NCBI GenBank assembly: GCA_002269645.1
Contig: NIVC01003220.1
Span: forward strand, 1-35,381
Source: Macrostomum lignano
Taxonomy: Eukaryota
DNA: 35,381 nt
Direction of reading: 5' to 3'
Part shown: positions 1-9,595 of the stretch, piece after piece
How the letters are laid out: every line of letters begins with the position of its first letter
How positions within the stretch are numbered: the stretch's first letter is position 1
Translations under genes and position numbers: made by a program
The notes under the pieces: model-generated
Told to the model about the DNA's origin: nothing
What the model saw: only the letters and a program-made list of their open reading frames with translations
Database searches by the model: none

Positions 1-2005
1 GCTGACCAAACAAAAAGAGATGATTGCTGCATCAAAGCTGCCGAATATGCTGCCAGTGAAGGGCCACATTGAAATCGTCAAGTTTCTCGTGCCGACAGTC
101 GCTGACCAAACAAAAGAGATGATTGCTGCATCAAAGCTGCCGATCTGCTGGCAGATGATGGGCCACATTGAAATCGTCAAGTTTCTCGTGCCGACAGTCG
201 CTGACCAAACAAAAAGAGATGATTGCTGCATCAAAGCTGCCATCTGCTGGCAGATATGGCCACATTGAAATCGTCAAGTTTCTCGTGCCGACAGTCGCTG
301 ACCAAACAAAAAGAGATGATTGCTGCATCAAAGCTGCCAAATCTGCTGCAGACGAGGGCCACATTGAAATCGTCAAGTTTCCGTGCCGACAGTCGCTGAC
401 CAAACAAAAAGAGATGATTGCTGCATCAAAGCTGCCGAAATATGCTGCAGTAAGGGCCACATTGAAATCGTCAAGTTTCTCGTGGCGACAGTCGCTGACC
501 AAACAAAAAGAGATGATTGCTGCATCAAAGCTGCCGATCTGCTGCATGAATGGCCACATTGAAATCGTCAAGTTTCTCGTGCCGACAGTCGCGACCAAAC
601 AAAAAGAGATGATTGCCGCATCAAAGCTGCCGAATCTGCTGCTTCAGAATGGTCACTTGAAATCGTCAAGTTTCTCGTGCCGACAGTCGCTGACCAAACA
701 AAAAGAGATGATTGCTGCATCAAAGCTGCCGAATCTGCTGGCAGAAGGTCACTTGAAATCGTCAAGTTTCTCGTGCCGACAGTCGCGGACCAAACAAAAA
801 GAGATGATTGCGCATCAAAGCTGCCGAATCTGCTGGCAGAAATGGTCCACTTTGAAATCGTCAAGTTTCTCGTGCCGACAGTCGCGGACCAAACAAAAAG
901 AGATGATTGCTGCATCAAAGCTGCCGAATCTGCTGCAGCAATGGCACTTTGAAATCGTCAAGTTTCTCGTGCCGACAGTCGCGACCAAACAAAAAGAGAT
1001 GATTGCTGCATCAAAGCTGCCGAATCTGCTGCAGTGAATGGCCACATTGAAATCGTCAAGTTTCTCGTGCCGACAGTCGCGACCAAACAAAAAGAGATGA
1101 TTGCTGCATCAAAGCTGCCGAAATCTGCTGCAGAAGGGCCACATTGAAATCGTCAAGTTTCTCGTGCCGACAGTCGCTGACCAAACAAAAAGAGATGATT
1201 GCTGCATCAAAGCTGCCGAAATCTGCTGGCAGATATGGCCACATTGAAATCGTCAAGTTTCTCTGCGCGACAGTCGCTGACCAAACAAAAAGAGATGATT
1301 GCCGCATCAAAGCTGCCGATATGCTGGCATAATGGCCACATTGAAATCGTCAAGTTTCTCGTGCCGACAGTCGCTGACAAACAAAAAGAGATGATTGCTG
1401 CATCAAAGCTGCCGATCTCTGCTGGCAGATGGCACTTGAAATCGTCAAGTTTCTCGTGCCGACAGTCGCGGACCAAACAAAAAGAGATGATTGCCGCATC
1501 AAAGCTGCCGAATCTGCTGGCAGAAATGGTCACTTTGAAATCGTCAAGTTTCTCGTGCGGTCGACCAAACAAAAAGAGATGATTGCTGCATCAAAGCTGC
1601 CGAATCTGCTGGCAGAATGGCACATTGAAATCGTCAAGTTTCTCGTGCCGACAGTCGCGGACCAAACAAAAAGAGATGATTGCCGCATCAAAGCTGCCGA
1701 ATCTGCTGGCAGAAATGGTCACTTTGAAATCGTCAAGTTTCTCGTGCTGACAGTCGCGACCAAACAAAAAGAGATGATTGCTGCATCAAAGCTGCCGAAT
1801 CTGCTGCAGTAATGGTCACTGAAATCGTCAAGTTTCTCGTGCCGACAGTCGCTGACCAAACAAAAAGAGATGATTGCTGCATCAAAGCTGCCGCATCTGC
1901 TGGCAGATATGCCACATGGAAATCGTCAAGTTTCTTGTGCCGACAGTCGCCGACCAAACAAAAAGAGATGATTGGTGCATCAAAGCTGCCGAATCTGCTG
2001 CAAGC
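1..2005 (+). repeat. 99-bp coding tandem repeat, about 20 units (ankyrin array)
   Basis: Unit GGCCACATTGAAATCGTCAAGTTTCTCGTGCCGACAGTCGCTGACCAAACAAAAAGAGATGATTGCTGCATCAAAGCTGCCGAATCTGCT plus about 9 variable nt recurs every ~97-100 bp. Confidence 0.95.
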
Positions 2006-2651
2006 AATGGTCTGCAGGATGTCGTCGAGTTTCTTATCTCGTTTCTCTCAAGTCCCGATCAGAGAGCGAATCTCCGTTTCCAATGCGCAGTCGCGACTTG
2101 CTCTCGTCTTCACGAAGATGTCGCTGCCTTCCTTGGCCTAGAGCCCGACTGGCTCTTCCAATCCAGCACCATCCTCAGCTTCACTGCAGCAATGGCCATC
2201 GAAGGCAGGAACTCTGTTCTCACCGACACCCTATCTCGAATGCAGCCACCTCACATCACACAGCTGCTCCGTCTCTCCATCTCTCAAAGACACGTCGCTC
2301 TTGCTGTCACAATTGCTGTCACACTGATCAATGATGAGCGAGTCAGCACACAGCATGTCGATCTCCAGAAGACAGCACTGGAGCCACTGCTCTCATGCTG
2401 GCAGCTGATGCAGGTCATCATGAGCTCATTGAGAAACTCATCGATCTCGGTGCGTCAGTGCGTGCTGAAGACAGTCAGGGTCGGACTGCTCTGTCACGAG
2501 CGTGCGAAGCCGGTCATGTGCGAGCACCAAGGCTCTGATGGACAGAGGAGCGGATGCGAGTCATCGAGACGGTCGGGGTCAGACGTGTGCGCAGGTGGCA
2601 CAGCGATTTGAGCAGCAGCAGGTGCTGCGGCTGCTTCATCCAGTGAAGCGG
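1..2651 (+). CDS. Ankyrin-repeat coding exon, 5'-incomplete, with multiple 1-nt frameshifts
   Basis: About 20 copies of a 33-aa unit (GHIEIVKFLVPTVADQTKRDDCCIKAAESAxxx), then a helical segment, then three canonical ankyrin repeats recovered by shifting frame at ~2365 and ~2523 (EDSTGATALMLAADAGHHELIEKLIDLGASVRAEDSQGRTALSRACEAGHVR|STKALMDRGADASHRDGRGQTCAQVA). Ends at a phase-0 donor CGG|GTGAGT (GT 2652-2653). Confidence 0.8.
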
Positions 2652-2911
2652 GTGAGTGAGGCAATGTTATTGCTTGTAAAAATTCTTGCAATAGAAAATG
2701 CAATTGGCAGAAGTAGAAAACAAAGGGAACAAGAAAAGAGGTGAGCCAGAAAAATGGAGAAAAAGAGAAAACAGAAAAAAGACGCAACAAGAACGCCCCA
2801 TCCGCTTTTTGAATTTTTTCTACTTCGAGAGAAACTTCTGGTGCATGACAATCTCCGACTCAACTGCTGTGAGAAGTGAGAACCCTTACTTTCCTTCCTG
2901 CATTGCAGTAG

Positions 2912-2962
2912 CCCAGAGGCCCGGCAGGCAGCCGCTCACCGCTTGGAGTCGGGCCGCCATCG
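2912..2962 (+). CDS. Putative 51-nt linker micro-exon (PRGPAGSRSPLGVGPPS)
   Basis: Preceded by a pyrimidine tract and CATTGCAGTAG, followed by TCG|GTGAGT (GT 2963-2964). It is 17 codons, phase 0/0 and stop-free. Confidence 0.4.
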
Positions 2963-3070
2963 GTGAGTCTGACCGGTTCGGCTTTCACTGCCTCATTGCA
3001 CCTTCCAACAGGCTGGCAGCTTGGGGCAGAAATTGCAGCGAAACTCGGCAGGATGAGATTGGGTTGGACT

Positions 3071-3508
3071 GAGTGCTGCAGCAGCTGCACTCTCAGCTCT
3101 CCTGCTTGAATGCCAGTCTGAGTGCTGCAGCAGCTGCACTCTCAGCTCTCCTGCTTGAGATGCCAGTCTGAGTGCTGCAGCAGCTGCACTCTCAGCTCTC
3201 CTGCTTGAGATGCCAGTCTGAGTGCTGCAGCAGCTGCACTCTCAGCTCTCCTGCTTGAGATGCCAGTCTGAGTGCTGCAGCAGCTGCACTCTCAGCTCTC
3301 CTGCTTGAGATGCCAGTCTGAGTGCTGCAGCAGCTGCACTCTCAGCTCTCCTGCTTGAGATGCCAGTCTGAGTGCTGCAGCAGCTGCACTCTCAGCTCTC
3401 CTGCTTGAGATGCCAGTCTGAGTGCTGCAGCAGCTGCACTCTCAGCTCTCCTGCTTGAGATGCCAGTCTGAGTGCTGCAGCAGCTGCACTCTCAGCTCTC
3501 CTGCTTGT
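3071..3508 (+). repeat. 50-bp tandem repeat, about 8.8 copies, at the 5' end of the cGLR exon
   Basis: Unit GAGTGCTGCAGCAGCTGCACTCTCAGCTCTCCTGCTTGAGATGCCAGTCT starts at 3071 (49-bp variant), 3120, 3170 and onward to 3470 (partial). Confidence 0.97.
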
Positions 3509-3929
3509 TCCGTCCATCCAACTCTGAGCAAATCTCTCACACGCATCTCGAATCGTTCCAGGCTCTCAGATGACTCTCAGCAAGACAGGCGTCTGAGTGA
3601 GGAGCTGCATCGACTGCTCAGCGAGGCGGGATTCACCGAGGAGAGAGCAAAGTGTCAGCAGAGACTGGCTGACTGGCTGGAAGAAGTCGCTCAAGTCCTC
3701 ACACAGGATGACAGGCAGATGACGGGCAGCTACGCAGAGGGCTGGGCCAACAGTCTGGTGCAAGTGAACGGCAGGACAGCTGCAGACTCGGACATTGACT
3801 GGACTGTGCTGGTTGCTGGGCAAGAGTTCCATCTGGAAGGTGGCTGCGACAGAGAGGGATATCGTTCCTGCCGAGACGCCACTCGGCTGCAGGTCATGGA
3901 GGGCCACGCACAGGTGGCAGTGGGAGCAG
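3467..3929 (+). CDS. Mab-21/cGAS-like receptor (cGLR) nucleotidyltransferase, N-terminal exon
   Basis: Encodes TGSYAEGW (GS at 3725-3730) and DSDIDW (acidic pair at 3791-3799), the pol-beta-fold GS...DxD signature. Ends at GCAG|GTGAGT (phase 1, GT 3930-3931). The 5' boundary is uncertain; 3467 is the CCAG|TCT acceptor in the last 50-bp unit. Confidence 0.85.
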
Positions 3930-4769
3930 GTGAGTGAGGCTGGGTTCATCATCAGAATGCTGAGATCCGCATGCAACTGGAGGCCCATTAACTTTGCTCA
4001 ACTTTAAATTTTGCAACCGAGTGGCGCATAGTCTCCAGCAGTTTCTGTGACTGCGAATGTCGGCTTGGGTGCTGAAATAAGCGGCAGGCGAAATTGAAAA
4101 GAAAACTTTGATGCCAACTGGCTGAGCCGGGCCATTGGGTTTTGAATTCACAGGCTCCGATTGCAGCAGAGTGGATGCAGCGGTGCTTGGGTGACCCACG
4201 GTAGGCGGCATGGCTCTGCTGAGGTGCTGCTGCTCTCACTTGGGAAATTTCAAACAAAATAAACCGAAGCCGCCCTGACTGCCTGATTGGTGCCTTGCTG
4301 CGGGGCACTGAGTTCTGATGATGCTTGAGCAGCTGTGCTGAGCTGCAACCTGATGAAGCCAGAGCACCTGAAGCTGAAGCTGGGTGAACTCAGTGGGTGC
4401 AGAGGCTCATGCCTCACAGGTGCACTTATTTGGCTCTTCAAGAAGCGTCGAAATTCTGTGACGTCTCACCGAGCAGCTTGTGCTGTACACTGGGCCAGAC
4501 GGAGAGCATTGCAACCCTCGCCACACAGCGAGAGGCGCCCCCCACTCTCACTGGAGTCTCTAACGCCTTTGCAGGCTAGGCAACGCCGCCCACAATGTAC
4601 ACATTTTTTATTGATATTAAATAAAAATAGCTCGTGTGTATTGATTAGTAAATGAAAATGGAGTTGCAAAAGCAAAATTCCCAACCGGCCAGGAGCAAAT
4701 CTGCAGTTTCAAACCAACCCATTTTTTTCACTCGCCACAAAGCCACTCTCCGCTCACTGCGCTTTGCAG
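3930..4769 (+). other. Phase-1 GT-AG intron of the cGLR gene (840 nt)
   Basis: Donor GTGAGT at 3930 and acceptor TTTGCAG ending at 4769. The junction G|GC rebuilds a Gly codon in frame with ORF 4652-6343. Confidence 0.85.
4198..4616. repeat. Dispersed ~420-bp repeat, copy 1 (inside the cGLR intron)
   Basis: ACGGTAGGCGGCATGGCTCTGCTGAGG...CACAATGTACACATTTT(TT)ATTGATA recurs in the same orientation at 15314-15722. Confidence 0.92.
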
Positions 4770-6343
4770 GCAGCCAACCTGCAGTGACAGCCACGGCGTG
4801 CGGTGTGCGGCCTGCACAGGACACGTGCCATGCAATCGAGTGCTGCAGCAGTTTCTGTGAGGACAGAAGTAGAAAACCGGTTCTATTCAATAACAGAGTT
4901 CACCTCGTGCGGGCGACCAGACCGAGCTCGACCAACGAGCTCAGAGTGAGCTTCAGCTTCCAAGAGAAATACATCATGGGACGGCTGAGCACAGTCCAGG
5001 GCCAGCTGTTCACACTCATCAAGTTCATCTTCAAGAGACACTTGCCGCTCACTCTGGACACACCTGGACTCAAGACCTACCATGCAAAGACACTGCTCTT
5101 TACAATGCTGGAGAAGCATGGCACAGATACCGAAACTGACGCTTGGAAGCTCCACAATCTGATCGCTCTGCTCAAGGAGTCTCTCGACTTGATGCTGAGC
5201 TTCATCGACTCGAGCAGCTCGCCCGATGAGTGCATGCCGCACTTCTTCATGCCCGACGCTCCGCTCTACTTCAAGAACGCTGGAATCGGCGGCGACTTCG
5301 ACAATACGAAGGCGAGGGTTCGAGACGGACTTTTTGAGCTGAGAAGCGACATCGGTGGAGTGGTCGAGCAGCTGAGGAGACTCGTGAGACCTCTGCAGTC
5401 AGAGAAGTTCTACTTTCACCCGTTCACTCTGCTGCCTCTGACAGCGCCGCCTGCTGTCACTGAGATCAGGGAAGGAAGTGGCTACACAGAAATGTACTAC
5501 AATTTCGCAGACGTGTACAGTATGGTGCACCAGTGTGTGAGCGAGCTGCAGTCGGAATCAAGCAAAAGATACACCCTGATGAGGCAGCTCAGTCTCCTGC
5601 ATGAGCTGCAGTGGTGCAAGTGCGCCGCCCTGTGCATGACCGCAATGGCGCATTTGAAGTTCAGAGAATCTGAGGAGGCTGAGAGACTCGCGATGGAGCT
5701 GCAGAGACATCAGGTTCAGTCAGGGTTAAAGCCACAGGGTATTCGAATTTATGAATTGCCAGCAGACTCAGACTGGGCGTGGAGGTTCTGCCTCCCCTGC
5801 GACTCTCCGCCTCGCTTCCCATTCCTTCCCGAGTTCACGCAGACTCTGTTCACAGCCAGACTGTCGCAGCCTCTCTCCTCCCACCTGTACGTGAACTTTC
5901 GCTGCCTGAGCTGGAGTCTCCAAGCTGAGCTGCTCTGCAATCGCGCACCTGCAATTAAACTGGACGATTGGAAGCGAGAGCTGGAAGAAGACCCGGACTT
6001 GGAGGAGCTGCTCACTCTGGCTCACTACAGCGACTGCCGCGAGCACGTGGAGCTCAGCTTGCAGCAGATGGAGATGATCGAGAAAGAGAGACGCGTCGTC
6101 ATGGAGACGCAGGACGAGGAGAAGATCGGCTGGGTCAGGCAGAAGCGGTGGCGAGTTTCGAACCGCAGCGGCAGCGACAGCGGCGCTCACCGCAGCAGGG
6201 AAGATGAGGAGCGGAGGCTGTGGGCGAGGGCGAGGCTGCGGCGAGACGGGGTCGACTTGGGTCGCTTCGTTGCCATGGAAACAGCAGCGGAGCAGAGAGA
6301 CAGCTGGACTCACGTCAAGCTTATTCGAATGAGACTGCAGTGA
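4770..6343 (+). CDS. cGLR/Mab-21 domain C-terminal exon plus long helical extension
   Basis: Uninterrupted frame with Mab-21 motifs QDTCHAIEC (probable third acid, D at 4820-4822), HLVRA, LRVSFSFQEKYIM, LKTYHAKTLLF, a conserved W...L...L helix region and MPHFFMP. Over 300 aa of mostly helical sequence follows. Exons 3467-3929 and 4770-6343 total 2037 nt, or 678 aa plus stop. Confidence 0.9.
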
Positions 6344-6547
6344 CCTGAGGACTTCGTTACTCAGATTTTTTAATTTTTCTGGACTCGAATTTCAGAACCC
6401 ATAATAATGTACTTTTACCGTTTGGCTTCCTTGACTTTCTTCTGTTAAATTCAGTTGAGTCCGTAAGTTTTAGAATTTGTATTTCAACTATTTTTGCTAA
6501 TTTTCTGTGAATTATCTTTAATATCATAATATGCAATGGTTATGAAT

Positions 6548-6855
6548 ATTGTCTGCACATGCTGTTGGATTGTCTGCACATGCTGTTGGATTGTCTGCAC
6601 ATGCTGTTGGATTGACCGCACATGCTGTTGGCTTGTCTGCACATGCTGTTGGATTGACTGCACATGCTGTTGGATTGACCGCACATGCTGTTGGCTTGTC
6701 TGCACATGCTGTTGGATTGTCTGCACATGCTGTTGGCTTGTCTGCACATGCTGTTGGATTGGCTGCACATGCTGTTGGATTGTCTGCACATGCTGTTGGA
6801 TTGTCTGCACATGCTGTTGGATTTTCTGCACAAGTTGTTGGATTGTCTGCACATC
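6548..6855. repeat. 21-bp minisatellite, about 14 copies, with a degenerate tail to ~7070
   Basis: Unit ATTGTCTGCACATGCTGTTGG with variants (ATTGACCG.., CTTGTCTG..). Confidence 0.97.
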
Positions 6856-7455
6856 CTCTTACATTATCTTTACATCCTGTTACATTGTACATCACGTCAC
6901 ATTATCTATACATATACTGTTGAATTTTCTGTACACGCTTTTTTAATGTATGAAAATGCTGTTGAATTATCTCTGCATTCTCTTGGATTATCTATGCAGG
7001 CTTTTGTACATGCTGTTAGATATATGTACATCCTGTTACATTATATGTACATGCTGTTGGATTAACTGTACATGATGTAGGTATGTTGTCCGAAGCATGT
7101 ACTTGTAACTGTACCGCTCATAGACTTTTGGATCAAGTTATGCCGAAGATTTTTCCTGTAGCTGACTTTGCTACTTTTTTAGGAAATGAGCACATCGAGA
7201 GCCATCGAGTGCGAGTAGCCCTCCTGCTATGAACTGCAGTTTTGTACATTCGTGCTGCAATTCAATTCAGCCTGCATTATAAATTATGAATTTCTTTATC
7301 CGTTCAAACTGCGTGTCTGCTTTGATGCGGGCTTTTTTCTGCGATTTTGTTCTGCGGACTTCAATACACAATTGCCAATGCTTTTAATGAAATATATAAG
7401 CCAAATATACAGGTGACAGTAATCTGCATGGAAACCTGGTAATCTGGAAAATCCT

Positions 7456-7479
7456 AAGGTCGGTTGGGTCAGGGAGAAG
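7456..7479 (+). pseudogene. Short remnant similar to the cGLR C-terminal region
   Basis: AAGGTCGGTTGGGTCAGGGAGAAG (KVGWVREK) versus 6122-6145 AAGATCGGCTGGGTCAGGCAGAAG (KIGWVRQK), with a CATGGAAAC/CATGGAGAC motif upstream of both. Confidence 0.4.
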
Positions 7480-7721
7480 CTGGACAGACTTGATGCAGCA
7501 GCTTGAGCTGAACTCAGAAACTGTAAGCCTCTGGCTTTGCCCGTGCAGTTTGAGAAATTTTACTGCACATGTTTCTGATATTTAAAATGTACTTTAATGG
7601 CTTAAAATATTGTGTGTACATGCTCCTGGATTCTTTAAGCAGCTGCTCTCAGAATCACCTCAATCAGTCTGCAAATTGATTTCATCATGTACTTTCATCA
7701 TGTACTCATGTACCCTGCAGA

Positions 7722-8390
7722 GACTGGCAGCCTGACAGCTCCCTAATGAACATTCAGTGACTGACAGCCTGACAGCTCCCTCATGAACATTCAGTGACTG
7801 ACAGCCTGACAGCTCCCTCATGAACATTCAGGGACTGACAGCCTGACAGCTCCCTAATGAACATTCAGTGACTGACAGCCTGACAGCTCCCTCATGAACA
7901 TTCAGTGACTGACAGCCTGACAGCTCCCTCATGAACATTCACTGACTGACAGCCTGACAGCTCCCTCATGAACATTCAGTGACTGACAGCCTGACAGCTC
8001 CCTCATGAACATTCACTGACTGACAGCCTGACAGCTCCCTCATGAACATTCACTGACTGACAGCCTGACAGCTCCCTCATGAACATTCAGTGACTGACAG
8101 CCTGACAGCTCCCTCATGAACATTCAGTGACTGACAGCCTGACAGCTCTCTCATGAACATTCAGTGACTGACAGCCTGACAGCTCCCTCATGAACATTCA
8201 GTGACTGACAGCCTGACAGCTCCCTCATGAACATTCAGTGACTGACAGCCTGACAGCTCCCTCATGAACATTCAGTGACTGACAGCCTGACAGCTCCCTC
8301 ATGAACATTCAGTGACTGACAGCCTGACAACTCCCTTATGAACTTTCAGTGACTTACAGCCTGACAGCTCTCTCATGAACATTCACTGAC
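7722..8390. repeat. 37-bp minisatellite, about 18 copies
   Basis: Unit GACTGACAGCCTGACAGCTCCCTCATGAACATTCAGT. Confidence 0.98.
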
Positions 8391-8772
8391 GGGACTGACC
8401 GGACAGGCAGGTCGCGGCCCCAGTCGCCATTCATTTTTCTGTCCGATCCAAGAGCTCCGCACGCTGCTGATGAACTCAAAACTGCGGCCATTTCTATATT
8501 GCCGTCCATATTTGATGCCTGCTCTGTGCCATAAACCAAATGCACTGCTTCGGTTTCTAAATATAGAATGATGCGACCTGCCACTCGCTCTCAGTGCCAG
8601 CTCTGATGCTCTGCAAGGGTGGCTTGAATGTCATTGAAATGTCAACCAGTGCTTTGCAGATTTGCCTCATAAAATTCACTTGATGGAGATGTGCGTGCGT
8701 TCCAGCAGCCAGGTAGCTTAAATTAAGAAAAATTTGAAATCTAAAACAAATTACAGAAATAAAATAAGTTAA

Positions 8773-8930
8773 GGGCTCGAGTCCGGGACCGAGCAGTGGG
8801 GATGCAGTGAGCATCTGAAGTGGGCTCGAGTCCGGGACCGAGCAGTGGGGATGCAGTGAGCATCTGAAGTGGGCTCGAGTCCGGGACCGAGCAGTGGGGA
8901 TGCAGTGAGCATCTGAAGTGGGCTCGAGTC
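8773..8930. repeat. 49-bp tandem repeat, about 3.2 copies
   Basis: GGGCTCGAGTCCGGGACCGAGCAGTGGGGATGCAGTGAGCATCTGAAGT starts at 8773, 8822, 8871 and 8920 (partial). Confidence 0.97.
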
Positions 8931-9088
8931 CCTGAATGATTAGCGGGGATGCAGTGTGCTTGACCCGCAGGTTCAGTTAATCCCTCAGGAGCTGCACTGG
9001 CTGCTCCCACAGCAACATGCAGACAGGGGGATGCAGAGGAATCTGCGATTGGCCTCCGAGCCCGCAGTGGCAGCGAACGCTTCCCTGC

Positions 9089-9595
9089 GCTGTCTCGCCC
9101 TCCCTCTTTCTCGCCCTCACTCTGTCTCGCCCTCACTCTGTCTCGCCCTCACTCTGTCTCGCCCTCACTCTGTCTCGCCCTCACTCTGTCTCGCCCTCAC
9201 TCTGTCTCGCCCTCACTCTGTCTCGCCCTCACTCTGTCTCGCCCTCACTCTGTCTCGCCCTCGCTCTGTATCGCCCTCCCCCTGTCTCGCCCTCGCTCTG
9301 TCTCGCCCTCACTCTGTCTCGCCCTCACTCTGTCTCGCCCTCACTCTGTCTCGCCCTCACTCTGTCTCGCCCTCACTCTGTCTCGCCCTCACTCTGTCTC
9401 GCCCTCACTCTGTCTCGCCCTCACTCTGTCTCGCCCTCACTCTGTCTCGCCCTCACTCTGTCTCGCCCTCACTCTGTCTCGCCCTCACTCTGTCTCGCCC
9501 TCACTCTGTCTCGCCCTCACTCTGTCTCGCCCTCGCTCTGTATCGCCCTCCCCCTGTCTCGCCCTCACTCTGTCTCGCCCTCACTCTGTATCGCC
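9089..9595. repeat. 16-bp pyrimidine-rich minisatellite, about 30 copies
   Basis: Unit CTGTCTCGCCCTCACT. Confidence 0.97.

Noticed and set aside
1-2005. CRISPR-like look (constant repeat plus variable segment)
   Set aside because: The variable part is only about 9-12 nt and recurs among units, the constant part is about 85-90 nt and encodes ankyrin, there are no cas genes, and the context is eukaryotic.
2652-3940. Identical 11-nt donor context GTGAGTGAGGC at two introns
   Set aside because: The first six bases are the splice consensus, and the extra five-base match is too short to imply duplication.
4310-4380. C/D-box snoRNA-like pattern (TGATGA..CTGA..TGATGA..CTGA) in the cGLR intron
   Set aside because: Box C lacks the leading purine, there is no terminal stem or recognisable rRNA guide, the second copy has CTAA at the D' position, and it is part of a dispersed repeat.
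6484-7065. Overlapping repetitive ORFs on both strands (QQHVQTI, CADNPTA, IVCTCCW)
   Set aside because: A by-product of a 21-bp stop-poor repeat, with no signal peptide, splice context or non-repetitive domain.
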